From contig CAMCQE010000004.1 in the NCBI GenBank assembly GCA_945876945.1, forward strand, positions 3,096 through 67,095: a stretch of 64,000 bases of DNA. Reading direction: 5' to 3'. Origin of the DNA: Klebsiella pneumoniae. Lineage in GTDB: Bacteria > Pseudomonadota > Gammaproteobacteria > Ga0077536. This document shows, piece by piece, positions 10,487 to 19,828 of the stretch (the first letter of the stretch is position 1; every line of letters starts with the position of its first letter). Under the pieces are notes generated by a model. It was not told where the DNA came from. It saw only the letters and a program-made list of their open reading frames with translations, and searched no databases. The position numbers and the translations under genes are program-made.

Positions 10487-10601
10487 CTAGGCGCAGCCGG
10501 GGAATCGCGCCAATAACGCCGCCTTTACTTCCGCCAGCACCGAGGCCCAATCCCCCAGCGACTGCTGCCGGAACAGGCGCGCGCTGGGGTACCAGGGGCT
10601 G
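10487..10601 (-). repeat. Near-identical 3' coding tract shared with 12716..12830
   Basis: By my hand alignment there are 3 mismatches over about 115 nt starting at the stop codon. Identity drops sharply beyond that point. Confidence 0.8.
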
Positions 10602-12469
10602 TCGGTACGGTCTAGCAACCAGCGCCAATCGGGCGCAAAAGGCAGCAGAATCCAGACTTCCTTGCCCAGCGCGCCAGCGAGATGGGCGACCGAGGTGTCG
10701 ACGGTGATCAGCAGATCCATCAGGCTCAGCACCGCGGCGGTTTCGCCAAAGTCAGTCAGCGATTCCGCGTGGATCCGAAGCTGCGGGAGGGCATCAAGCA
10801 CCGGGCGATCGTCAGCCCGGAATTCCTTCTGCAGCGCGTGAAACTCGATATGCAGGCTCAGCAAGTCCCGCAAATCGCATAAGCGAAGACTTCGCCGCAA
10901 GTCACCTGGATGCGTGATTGACCCGGTCCAAACCAATCCGACGCGCGCCAGATCGACTTTCCCTAAACGCGTTGCCCACGTGGCGACCCGCTCGGGCTTA
11001 ACGTTGATGTAGGGAGTAGGCACGGGAATCGTATCGAGCCGGGTGCCCATGGCATGGGGTAGGCTCATGATCGGGTAGTGGAAGTCGTGCGCCGGCGGCG
11101 TCTCACCGCTGATGTAAACCTGATGCACCCCATCCAGACCGACCAATATCGGCGCAAGCGGCGGCGGCGCTTCAAGCACCACTTTCACACCCTTTGCTGC
11201 CAGCATCTGCGCGTAACGCGAAAACTGGATCACGTCGCCCAATCCCTGTTCGGCATGAACTAAAAGCACGCGACCGGCCAGATCGCGTTGGCCGTCCCAC
11301 TTCGGGCTCAGAAACTCTCGCTGGTCCGCCTTCGCGGTTTCCTGCTCAAGACGCCATTCATACAACGCGAAGCCTTCTTCGTATTCGCCAGCCGTGAGTA
11401 AGGTAAACGCAAGGTTGTATTTGGCTACCCCGAGATTCGGATCTAAATCCAATGCGCGTCGATACGCCGCCGTTGCAAGCTCGTACTCAGCGGTATCACC
11501 GTGAATTGCACCCAGCGTGACGTAGGCTGATGCGATATCGGGCGATAGCCGAAGGCCTTCGCGGACGTCAGTCATGGCCTCGTCAAGTGCGCCCATGCTG
11601 CGAAAAATGGCGGCACGGTCAGTCAGGAGTCCGCCATTCTGTGGCTCAAGCGAGATTGCTCGCCCAATCACTGCCAAAGCCCGGTCGAAATTCCGGCACA
11701 CGGAGAGTCCGAGTGCCACATGCGTCATCAAAGCAGGATCATTTGGCACCATCGCCAGCGCCGCTTCGAACCGCGGTTCCGCCTCCACCCACCGATCCAG
11801 ATTCGCCAGCAATTTGGCTTCTTCCAAAAGAGGCCTGAACCCAAACACTGGCTTCAAGGCCGCCGCCACTTTGAAGCCCTCTGCGGCTTCATCCCGGCGC
11901 CCCGAATCCCATAACAGATTGGCGCGATTGAAATGGGAATCGCCGTGCCCGGGATCTAGCGCCAAGGCCTGCTCGTAGCTGGCGATGGCCTCATCGGCAC
12001 GCCCCATCTTGCGCAGCACGACCCCGCGATTGAAGTAAAAAACAGCGATAGCGCCCTGGCGTTTGATGGCAGCGTCGTAGTGTTCAAGAGCGGCAGGCAA
12101 ATGCCCAAGTTCCACCAGACAATTCGCAGCGCGATAGCAGGCGTTCGCGTGCGTGCTGTCGAGCACCATGGCGCGCTGAAAACTGCTCAGCGCGCTTGCG
12201 ATTTGATTGAGCCTGCGTTGCGCGATCCCTAGCTGATACTGGGCGTCCACCATTTCAGGACTAGCGGCAAGCGCCTTGTGAAAGGCGTTGGCCGCCGCCT
12301 CGTTGGCGTTGATTTTTAGCAGGCATAAGCCGCTTTGCAGCAAGGCCTCCGCCGATTCGGGCATCACGCTGAGTATTTGCACCAGCAACGCCATTGCCTC
12401 TTCAATGTGGCCTGCCTCTCGTAACGAGCTTGCCCGCTGAAGTGTCTTTTGATGCTGCGAACCTGACAT
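10487..12469 (-). CDS. TPR-repeat protein with C-terminal GT9 (heptosyltransferase-like) glycosyltransferase domain, paralog A
   Basis: The N-terminal half is TPR repeats. The C-terminal part reads EQGLGDVIQFSRYA ... ITVDTSVAHLAGALGKEVWILLP. I chose the ATG at 12469 (AGAGG Shine-Dalgarno), which gives 660 aa, close to the 663 aa of the paralog. Confidence 0.75.
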   Translation of the reverse strand: MSGSQHQKTLQRASSLREAGHIEEAMALLVQILSVMPESAEALLQSGLCLLKINANEAAANAFHKALAASPEMVDAQYQLGIAQRRLNQIASALSSFQRAMVLDSTHANACYRAANCLVELGHLPAALEHYDAAIKRQGAIAVFYFNRGVVLRKMGRADEAIASYEQALALDPGHGDSHFNRANLLWDSGRRDEAAEGFKVAAALKPVFGFRPLLEEAKLLANLDRWVEAEPRFEAALAMVPNDPALMTHVALGLSVCRNFDRALAVIGRAISLEPQNGGLLTDRAAIFRSMGALDEAMTDVREGLRLSPDIASAYVTLGAIHGDTAEYELATAAYRRALDLDPNLGVAKYNLAFTLLTAGEYEEGFALYEWRLEQETAKADQREFLSPKWDGQRDLAGRVLLVHAEQGLGDVIQFSRYAQMLAAKGVKVVLEAPPPLAPILVGLDGVHQVYISGETPPAHDFHYPIMSLPHAMGTRLDTIPVPTPYINVKPERVATWATRLGKVDLARVGLVWTGSITHPGDLRRSLRLCDLRDLLSLHIEFHALQKEFRADDRPVLDALPQLRIHAESLTDFGETAAVLSLMDLLITVDTSVAHLAGALGKEVWILLPFAPDWRWLLDRTDSPWYPSARLFRQQSLGDWASVLAEVKAALLARFPGCA

Positions 12470-12715
12470 TGGGGGCCTCTGGAATTCGAAAACCGGCGCC
12501 TTCGCTTGGGCGCGGAGTGCTGCGCATACTTTGGCGCTCACGACGTGCCGGGCACCAAACTTTGCTTGCCTCGTCAGGCGAAGGCTGAGATGCCCACAGC
12601 TATCTACGCAACCGCACCTGAAATTCGAAGAAACAAAATTGACGCGCGGTCGGGGATACCGAGCACGCCCACCCAATGAGCCGCCGAAGTATCCGCCGTC
12701 ATTAACGCTGAAGCC

Positions 12716-12830
12716 CTAGGCGCAGCCGGGGAATCGCGCCAACAACGCCGCCTTTACTTCCGCCAGCACCGAGGCCCAATCCCCCAGCGACGGCTGCCGG
12801 AACAGGCGCGCGCTGGGGTACCAAGGGCTG
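12716..12830 (-). repeat. Near-identical 3' coding tract shared with 10487..10601
   Basis: This is the partner copy of the tract above. Identity includes synonymous positions. Confidence 0.8.
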
Positions 12831-14707
12831 TCGTTACGAGCGAGCAGCCAACGCCAGTCGGGTGAAATGGGCAGCAGTATCCAGACTTCCTTACCCAAGG
12901 CGCCAGCGAGATGGGCAACGGAGGTATCGACGGTGATGATGAGGTCCATGGACTCGACCAGCGCTGCCGTATCGCCAAAGTCATTGAGTTCATGCTCGTG
13001 TCGATGCAAGGCCTGGCATTCGTCGAGCGTCTGGACGTCGTGTGCCCGATATTCCTTCTGCAGGCTGTGCCATTCGAGTTCGCCCCGAAATAAATCGAGC
13101 AATGAACCCAAGCGCAGGCTGCGGCGATGATCGCCCTTGTGTGTGGTCGAACCCGACCAGACCACCCCGACTCGAGGTGCAGAAAGAGTGCCCAATTGCG
13201 CCTGCCACCGCTGTCGATAGCGGGCGGGCACCGAGACATAGGGCACATTCGCCGGCATCGAGTCGGCCCCGGTCTCGAACACTCGCGGGAGGCTCATGAT
13301 GGACAGTTGAGCATCGTAGTGGCCGCGATAGTGGCCGGTAGGAAGCAACGTGATCTGGGCGGGCCACTCTTCAAACAGCGGCAGCAGCACCTTGGGTGCT
13401 TCTAACACAATCTCGGCATTTCCAAACTTTGATTCCAGCGCATAGCGACTGAAGTGAATGAAGTCACCGAGGCCTTGCTCGGGCGTGAGCAACAATACAG
13501 CCCCATCGGCCAAGGGCTCGCCGCGCCAGGATGGCGCCGAAAATTCGCGCTTATGGCGTTTGTGAGCGCGCTCTTCGTGTCGCCATTCGTAGAGCCGAAA
13601 ACCCTCTTCAAACTCGCCAAGCGTCAATAGCAGCAGTGACTTGTTAAACAGCGCGGTGTGCTGCTTCGGATCGCAGGCGATTGCCTGATCGTAAGCGTGC
13701 CGCGCCTCTGCGAACCTGGCGAGATCCCCTAAAACAGCGCCGGCGGCTGTCCATGCCTCCGCGTGAGTCGGCGCGATGCGCTGAGCGTGTTGCAAAATCT
13801 CAAGTGATATTCGGGGATCTCCGAGCTGCCGATAGATTGCCGCCTTGGATAACAAAAACGAAACGTCGTCGGGCACGCTCAGCAGTGCGCGCTCAACGTA
13901 GGCCAGGGCTTTATCGAATTGGCGCATTTCCCGGTAGCCATCTGCGACGCGAGCCAATACCTCGGGCGAGCTTGGGTCTGAGGCCAGCGCGATCTGAAAC
14001 GCCTCTTCTGCATGCTCCCACATTTCAGCCAGCACAAAATCCAGCCCCTGATCGATCACCGCCCGCCACATGAACGCCGGCTTCAGGTCGACCGCCATCC
14101 GATAAGCCGCCAAAGCCTCGGCGGTTCTTTGCTGCTCCGCGAGCAGATTGCCCAGATTGAAATACGCGTCGGCGTACCGGGGATTAACTGCAACAGCGCG
14201 CTGGTAACTCACCATCGCTGCTTCAAGGCGCCCCGACTTCCGCAAGACGACGCCGAGATTGAAAAGGTATTCCGCCGCCTCACCATGCAAGCGAATCGCG
14301 CGCTCGTAGCTCTCGATGGCAGCGTCAAAGTCTTCCAACTCCGCGTAAATATTGCCGCAGCGATACCAGGTGTTGGGGTAATCGGGCTCAATGGCGATCG
14401 TGCGCTGGAAGCTCGATAAGGCTTCCTGCTTTGCCCCGAGTTGGCGCTGGACGATCCCGAGCTGATAGAACGCGGCCGCGCAATGCGGATCCGCGGCTAC
14501 CAGATCGCACAAGGTCTGGCGCGCCTCATCAAAGGCTTTGACGTCGGCAAGACACTTCGCCAGTTCAAGTTTTACCGCGGTCGAAGCTGCCCTTCCCTCC
14601 TGTCGGAGCATGGCGATTGCCTCGGCAAAGTGTTTTTGCTCGCGCAAGCTGCGAGCGGCGGACAGCACTGCCGCGACCTCCGCCGCACCGCGGGAATCCG
14701 GGCTCAT
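12716..14707 (-). CDS. TPR-repeat protein with C-terminal GT9-like glycosyltransferase domain, paralog B
   Basis: It has the same architecture as paralog A (EQGLGDFIHFSRYA ... ITVDTSVAHLAGALGKEVWILLP). Its start overlaps the stop of the upstream CMD gene by 4 nt. Confidence 0.75.
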   Translation of the reverse strand: MSPDSRGAAEVAAVLSAARSLREQKHFAEAIAMLRQEGRAASTAVKLELAKCLADVKAFDEARQTLCDLVAADPHCAAAFYQLGIVQRQLGAKQEALSSFQRTIAIEPDYPNTWYRCGNIYAELEDFDAAIESYERAIRLHGEAAEYLFNLGVVLRKSGRLEAAMVSYQRAVAVNPRYADAYFNLGNLLAEQQRTAEALAAYRMAVDLKPAFMWRAVIDQGLDFVLAEMWEHAEEAFQIALASDPSSPEVLARVADGYREMRQFDKALAYVERALLSVPDDVSFLLSKAAIYRQLGDPRISLEILQHAQRIAPTHAEAWTAAGAVLGDLARFAEARHAYDQAIACDPKQHTALFNKSLLLLTLGEFEEGFRLYEWRHEERAHKRHKREFSAPSWRGEPLADGAVLLLTPEQGLGDFIHFSRYALESKFGNAEIVLEAPKVLLPLFEEWPAQITLLPTGHYRGHYDAQLSIMSLPRVFETGADSMPANVPYVSVPARYRQRWQAQLGTLSAPRVGVVWSGSTTHKGDHRRSLRLGSLLDLFRGELEWHSLQKEYRAHDVQTLDECQALHRHEHELNDFGDTAALVESMDLIITVDTSVAHLAGALGKEVWILLPISPDWRWLLARNDSPWYPSARLFRQPSLGDWASVLAEVKAALLARFPGCA

Positions 14708-15249
14708 GGAGTTTCCTCCCCCGCCATCGTCACCCCGGTGGCGACGAGAAATCGCGACACCATGTTGTAGCTCGCGATTACGCCAATGAGTTCCACCAGT
14801 GCGCGCTCGTCGGGGAGACTGGCGCGCGCGGCCGCCAGCACTGCCGGCGCGATCTTAACTTCGCGTGTCATGGCGAAGGTCAAATCGAGCGTGGCGCGCT
14901 CGGCTGACGACCATGCGGGATCAGTGAGTGCCTCAGCGTCCTGTTCAAGACGACGGAGGGACTCCGCCGTACCACCGACTGCCAGATATTCGGGCGCGTG
15001 CTGCTCGAATTCGTAGGTCGCGCCGTTGAGCAGCGCGATGTGGCAGATCGCGAGTTCCCGCCGCACCGGGTCCAGCGCGAGATTAAGCCGAACCTCGCGC
15101 AGAAACGTATTCCAACCGGCAGCGAACGGTGGGCTGTGCAGCAGCATGCGGTCGAGATTCAACAAGCGCCCACCGCGTCGCGCCCGGATGGCGTCGACCA
15201 ATTCCGAGGTCCCGGGTGCCGGGGTTTCGAGATAGGGGATGGCTGGCAT
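14704..15249 (-). CDS. Carboxymuconolactone decarboxylase (AhpD-like) family protein
   Basis: MPAIPYLETP..LLNLDRMLLHSPPFAAGWNTFL..ELAICHIALLNGATYEFEQH is a CMD-family pattern. I chose the internal ATG at 15249. Confidence 0.7.
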   Translation of the reverse strand: MPAIPYLETPAPGTSELVDAIRARRGGRLLNLDRMLLHSPPFAAGWNTFLREVRLNLALDPVRRELAICHIALLNGATYEFEQHAPEYLAVGGTAESLRRLEQDAEALTDPAWSSAERATLDLTFAMTREVKIAPAVLAAARASLPDERALVELIGVIASYNMVSRFLVATGVTMAGEETP

Positions 15250-15388
15250 GGCAAAACGGCCCCGCAAAAAGTGAATTGGCCGGAGTCTACCCGAGCGAGT
15301 CGAACGCCAATATGTCTGCACAATTCGGTGGCTGTACGGTAACCTCGGCACAGCTTTCGATAACCATAAAATCTTCTGGGGAGATTCC

Positions 15389-17074
15389 ATGTCACGTCTA
15401 ACGCTCACTCTTCTGCTGGCGAGCCTGGGCACCGCCGCCGGCGCCGCCGAAACCACCGCCAAGACGCATCCCGTCACCGCCGAAAAACTGCTGGCTGGCA
15501 CCAGCAACACCAATGAATGGCTGATGTACGGTGGCGACTACAACAACTGGCGCTTCAGCCCCCTGAAAGACATCAACCGCGATAACGTGGGCAAGATTCA
15601 GGCGGCATGGATGTTCCAGACCGGTGTCCCAGGCCAGCTGGAAGCCTCTCCGGTAGTCGCCGATGGCGTGATGTTCCTCTCTGCCGCCTACAACAACCTG
15701 TGGGCGCTCGATGCCACGACCGGCAAGGCCCTCTGGAAGTACAGCCATCAACTCCCCGGCGACATCATGATTTGCTGCGGCCCGGCCAATCGCGGCGTGG
15801 CGATTGCTGGCGACGCGGTCTTTATGGGCACGCTCGACGCGCACCTCGTGGCACTCGATCGCCAAACCGGCAAGGTGCTGTGGAACATCGAGATGGCCAA
15901 ACACACCGATGGTTACAGCGCCACCTCCGCGCCGCTGGTCATCGACAACCTGGTCATCATGGGTATTGCCGGCGGCGAATATGGCGCGCGCGGCTTCATC
16001 GACGCCTACGACGTGAAAACCGGTGAGCGCAAATGGCGCCGTTACACGGTGCCAGTAGCGGGTGAAAAAGGCGTAGAAACCTGGGCCGGCGATTCCTGGA
16101 AGACGGGCGGCGGCCCCGGGTGGGGCACGGGCGTTTATGATCCGGCGTCAAAAACCCTGTTCTGGGCCACCGGCAATCCCTCGCCGGACTGGAACGGCGA
16201 CACCCGCGAAGGCGACAACCTCTACACCAACTCCGCGCTGGCACTCGACGCCAGCACCGGCGAACTGAAGTGGCACTTCCAGTACACCCCGCACGACGTG
16301 TGGGACTACGACGCCACCACGGGCATGTTCCTGATCGACCTGCCAGGCACAGCCGGCAAGGTGAAAAGTCTGGTCCAGCCGAACCGCAACGGCTACATCT
16401 ACGCGCTGGATGCCAGCAACGGCAAGTTCATGCACGGCGCGCAGTACGTGGATCAGCTGAACTGGGCGAAGGGACTTGACCCGAACGGCCGCGCCATCAA
16501 TGACCCCAAGTTCGAACCCGAGGCCGGCGGCAACCCGGAATACATCTGCCCCGGTAACGTGGGCGGGCAGAACGGTTCCTACACGGCGGCCTACAGCCCG
16601 CAGACCGGCCTCATGTACGTGCCGGTAGTCGAGAGCTGCGGAAAAATGGAGAAGCAGGCGGCCGTCTTCCAGAACGGTCAGCCTTTCTGGGGCGGCGGCC
16701 CGGGCGTCATGCAGTCGGAAGAAGGCAAAGCTTACGGCCACTTCTCCGCCTACGACCCGGCCACCGGCAAGCGCAAGTGGACCTGGAAGGACGAATACCC
16801 GATGGCGGGTGGCACCTTGGCCACTGCCGGCGGCGTAGTCTTCACCGGGAGCCAGACCGGACACGTCATGGCGTTTGACGACAACACCGGCAAGCAGCTC
16901 TGGAAGTTCCAGACCGGTTCCGCCGTGCGCGGTCAGCCCATCACCTGGAAAGCCGGCAAACGCCAGTTCGTGGCGTTTGGTAGCGGCGGCGGCGGTATCG
17001 CCGTGCAGATCGTGGGCACCCCGCCGCTCGACACCCCTGGCAGTACGCTGGTGGTGTTCGCGCTGCCCGAATGA
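15389..17074 (+). CDS. PQQ-dependent alcohol dehydrogenase (methanol/ethanol family quinoprotein)
   Basis: It has a signal peptide, the vicinal Cys pair CCGPANRG (15773-15778), W-rich propeller repeats and the catalytic region TPHDVWDYDA (DYD at 16304-16312). A GGGGAGA Shine-Dalgarno sequence precedes the start. Confidence 0.85.
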   Translation: MSRLTLTLLLASLGTAAGAAETTAKTHPVTAEKLLAGTSNTNEWLMYGGDYNNWRFSPLKDINRDNVGKIQAAWMFQTGVPGQLEASPVVADGVMFLSAAYNNLWALDATTGKALWKYSHQLPGDIMICCGPANRGVAIAGDAVFMGTLDAHLVALDRQTGKVLWNIEMAKHTDGYSATSAPLVIDNLVIMGIAGGEYGARGFIDAYDVKTGERKWRRYTVPVAGEKGVETWAGDSWKTGGGPGWGTGVYDPASKTLFWATGNPSPDWNGDTREGDNLYTNSALALDASTGELKWHFQYTPHDVWDYDATTGMFLIDLPGTAGKVKSLVQPNRNGYIYALDASNGKFMHGAQYVDQLNWAKGLDPNGRAINDPKFEPEAGGNPEYICPGNVGGQNGSYTAAYSPQTGLMYVPVVESCGKMEKQAAVFQNGQPFWGGGPGVMQSEEGKAYGHFSAYDPATGKRKWTWKDEYPMAGGTLATAGGVVFTGSQTGHVMAFDDNTGKQLWKFQTGSAVRGQPITWKAGKRQFVAFGSGGGGIAVQIVGTPPLDTPGSTLVVFALPE

Positions 17075-17889
17075 AGCCCCTGGTCGCGCTATTGAGCTTG
17101 CTCGCCGCCTGCAGTGTTTCTGCGGCGGCGAGTGAGCCACTCAAAGTGTGCCTGCTCACGCACAACGCGCCTTATTCCGAGCAGGCCAGCAACAGCGGTT
17201 TCGATCTGGCCACCGCGCAGGCGGTGGCCACCGAAATGCAGCGCCCGCTCGAAATCGTGTGGGTGAACAACGCCACCAAAGTGATCGAACTTGAGGACAG
17301 CGACTTCCCGGCTCGCAAGCTGCAAAAAGGCGTTTGCGATGTGTTGTTCAGTATCCCCGGGCCAGCCCGCGACAGCTTGCGGGAGACCCCCAGTCTGGCC
17401 TTGGGTAGCGCTTACTACGGCGCAAGTTTTCAGCTGTATGGCGCGGCCGGCGAGACCCGGCGCGAACTGCGGCAACTGCGCGATGTGCCCGTCGCCGTCC
17501 AGGCGGCAACCGTAGGCGCCTTCGCACTCCGTCTGGTTGGCGCCAAAATCAAAACTTGCCTGTCTGCCGAAGAAGTCTTGCGGCAAGCAGCGAACCGTGA
17601 GGCAGAACTGGGATTGGCATGGGGCCCGGCAGCAGGGGCGGCGCTGAAGGGCAAGAAAGACATCGTGATCAGCCCGGTGGCGGGCTATGAGGCGCCGGCG
17701 GCGCTGGCCTGGAACGAGCACGCGGCCACCCGCGGAAAAGATGAGGCATTGCGCAGCGCAATCGATGCCGCGATCGCCAAGTTGACGCGTTCAGGGCGCC
17801 TGCCCGAGCTCGCCGCCGAAGCCGGCATTCCGTGGCACGCGCCTTTCGCCAAGACCTACTCGCTGGGTGAGATGAACAACCTGCGCTGA
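17071..17889 (+). CDS. Quinoprotein-dehydrogenase-associated periplasmic substrate-binding protein (MoxJ/XoxJ-like)
   Basis: It has a signal peptide and an EPLKVCLLTHNAPYS..GFDLATAQAVA pattern. It overlaps the dehydrogenase by 4 nt (ATGA). Confidence 0.7.
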   Translation: MKPLVALLSLLAACSVSAAASEPLKVCLLTHNAPYSEQASNSGFDLATAQAVATEMQRPLEIVWVNNATKVIELEDSDFPARKLQKGVCDVLFSIPGPARDSLRETPSLALGSAYYGASFQLYGAAGETRRELRQLRDVPVAVQAATVGAFALRLVGAKIKTCLSAEEVLRQAANREAELGLAWGPAAGAALKGKKDIVISPVAGYEAPAALAWNEHAATRGKDEALRSAIDAAIAKLTRSGRLPELAAEAGIPWHAPFAKTYSLGEMNNLR

Positions 17890-18657
17890 TCAGTCCTGTG
17901 CCGGTTTATCTGGCTCGGGGGCATAGGACTCCCTCAAATGAACCGGCGCACGGCGCCGGGTGCGATAGCGCAAGTTCAGCCACTCCACCATCAACGAAAA
18001 CGCGAGCGCCGAGTAAATATAGCCCTTAGGCACGTGATGGCCGAAGCCGTCGGCCATCAGCACGGTACCAATCACGAACAGAAACGACAGCGCCAACATC
18101 TTGATGGTCGGGTGGGCCGAGACGAAGCGGCCAATCGCGCTCGCGAAGCACAACATCAGGCCCACCGACAGCACCACGGCCGCCACCATGATCGCCACCT
18201 CGTCCACCATCCCTACCGCCGTAATAATGGAATCCAGCGAGAACACCAAATCGATGAGGATGATCTGAAAGATCACCGCGCCGAATTTGGCCTTCACCCC
18301 GCTTGAGGCCTCGCCCTCCTCCCCTTCCAACAGCTGGTGAACTTCCTTGGTGCTTTTCCAGATCAGGAACAGACCGCCAGCAATGAGGATCAGATCGCGA
18401 CCGGAGATGGGATGCTCGAGTACCGAGAACATTGGTGCAGTCAGCCCGACAATCCAGGACAACAGAAACAGCAGCGCGATGCGCATGAACATCGCCAGAA
18501 AAAGCCCGATGCGCCGAGCCCTCTCACGCTGATGAGGCGGCAGTTTGTCGACGAGGATCGAAATAAAAATCACGTTATCGATGCCGAGCACCAGTTCCAG
18601 TGCAGTCAGTGTGAGCAGCGCCAGCCAGGTCGCGGGTTGCATCAAGAGTTCAAGCAC
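17890..18657 (-). CDS. TerC-family integral membrane protein
   Basis: LTALELVLGIDNVIFISILVDKLP and a second DSIITAVG motif are present. I chose the GTG at 18657, preceded by a GGGAGA Shine-Dalgarno sequence. Confidence 0.8.
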   Translation of the reverse strand: MLELLMQPATWLALLTLTALELVLGIDNVIFISILVDKLPPHQRERARRIGLFLAMFMRIALLFLLSWIVGLTAPMFSVLEHPISGRDLILIAGGLFLIWKSTKEVHQLLEGEEGEASSGVKAKFGAVIFQIILIDLVFSLDSIITAVGMVDEVAIMVAAVVLSVGLMLCFASAIGRFVSAHPTIKMLALSFLFVIGTVLMADGFGHHVPKGYIYSALAFSLMVEWLNLRYRTRRRAPVHLRESYAPEPDKPAQD

Positions 18658-18784
18658 AACATCTCTCCCTTCAGTGAGCGAGTGCCGGGTCGCCCGCGCG
18701 CCCGGCACCTCAGATAAATCTCAGTCTGTATTAATTGCCCGGCGGCGACTACGCTCAAGGCTTCAACCCTACGGAGTGTCCCCT

Positions 18785-19813
18785 ATGAAAAAGATCTCTC
18801 GTGGCAAAGTTCAAAAGTACGCCTTCGATAACCGCGACAAACCTTGCTTGAGAGTCAAACAAGGCGAAAAGTTCCAAATCGAAACGGACGACGCCTTGAG
18901 CGGCCTGATTGCCGACGACAGTGACCACCCGGTGGTGCACAGTATGACCGGCGAGCACATGGCAAAACTACAATCCTGTCACCCGCCGCTGTACAACCCG
19001 GTGGTCGGCCCTATCTACGTCGAGGGATGTGAAGACGGCGATGTGCTCGCGGTCACCATCGACTGGATTGATCCGTGGCGCTACGGCTTCTCCGGCATTC
19101 TGCCCGGGATGGGGCCGCTCACCGACTCCCTCAAATATGCGGAATGCGCCGAACCTGATGTTCACGTCATCGAGCATATTCCGGGACCGAGCGGCTATAC
19201 CCGCGATGGCACCGCCAAATACTCCGACACACTTTCCTGGCCGCTCGAACCGTTTATTGGCACCCTTGCTACCGCCTCACAGCGCGAAGTGTTTACCTCG
19301 GTGCTCGGACAAGGCTCGTTCGGCGGCAATATCGACTGTCGGGATATCCGGGCGGGTCACACGATCTATCTCAATTCGTTCAATAAAGGCGGCCTGCTGT
19401 ACATCGGCGACGTGCACGGTGGTCAGGGCGACACAGAATTTACCGGTATCGCGGACGAAACTCGCGCCACCGTGCAACTGTCTTGCACCGTGATCAAGAA
19501 CAAGCGCCTGCCCTGCGTGCGCATCGATAAACCGGACAGCGTGGTCGCGGTGGGCATCAACCTGCCGATGGAGCAAGCCCTGTTCGACGCCACCAGTAAT
19601 CTTATGGCCTGGCTGGCGGAAGACTACGGCGTGCCACCCAAAGATTTATACGTGCGGATGTCCTGCGACCCTGCGTTCAGAATCAGAACCTATCAGGTGG
19701 TGCGGGCGCTGACGCTGCAACATGTCGTGGGTGCCGAGTATCCCAAAAACCGGCTCTTCAACGCGCTGGGCGCCGGCAAAGGCACCAGCAAAAAACGCAA
19801 GAAATCCGCTTAA
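18785..19813 (+). CDS. Acetamidase/formamidase (FmdA/AmdA) family amidohydrolase
   Basis: I chose the internal ATG at 18785 (MKKISRGKVQKYAFDNRDKPCLRV...). The length and a CRDIRAGHTIYLNSF..GGLLYIGDVHGGQGDTEF region are typical of the family. Confidence 0.7.
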   Translation: MKKISRGKVQKYAFDNRDKPCLRVKQGEKFQIETDDALSGLIADDSDHPVVHSMTGEHMAKLQSCHPPLYNPVVGPIYVEGCEDGDVLAVTIDWIDPWRYGFSGILPGMGPLTDSLKYAECAEPDVHVIEHIPGPSGYTRDGTAKYSDTLSWPLEPFIGTLATASQREVFTSVLGQGSFGGNIDCRDIRAGHTIYLNSFNKGGLLYIGDVHGGQGDTEFTGIADETRATVQLSCTVIKNKRLPCVRIDKPDSVVAVGINLPMEQALFDATSNLMAWLAEDYGVPPKDLYVRMSCDPAFRIRTYQVVRALTLQHVVGAEYPKNRLFNALGAGKGTSKKRKKSA

Positions 19814-19828
19814 GGGCGCACAGCCTTC

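Noticed and set aside
12545-12555. A sigma-54-like or operator-like GTGCCGGGCAC palindrome in the 246-bp gap between the TPR-GT paralogs.
   Set aside because: It does not fit the TGGCAC-N5-TTGC spacing. A 5-bp GC palindrome is expected by chance in this composition.
15389-17889. Calling the PQQ locus a complete xoxFJG/mxa methanol-oxidation operon.
   Set aside because: There is no CxxCH cytochrome gene and no mxa/PQQ-biosynthesis genes in the window. Only the dehydrogenase and a J-like binding protein are supported.
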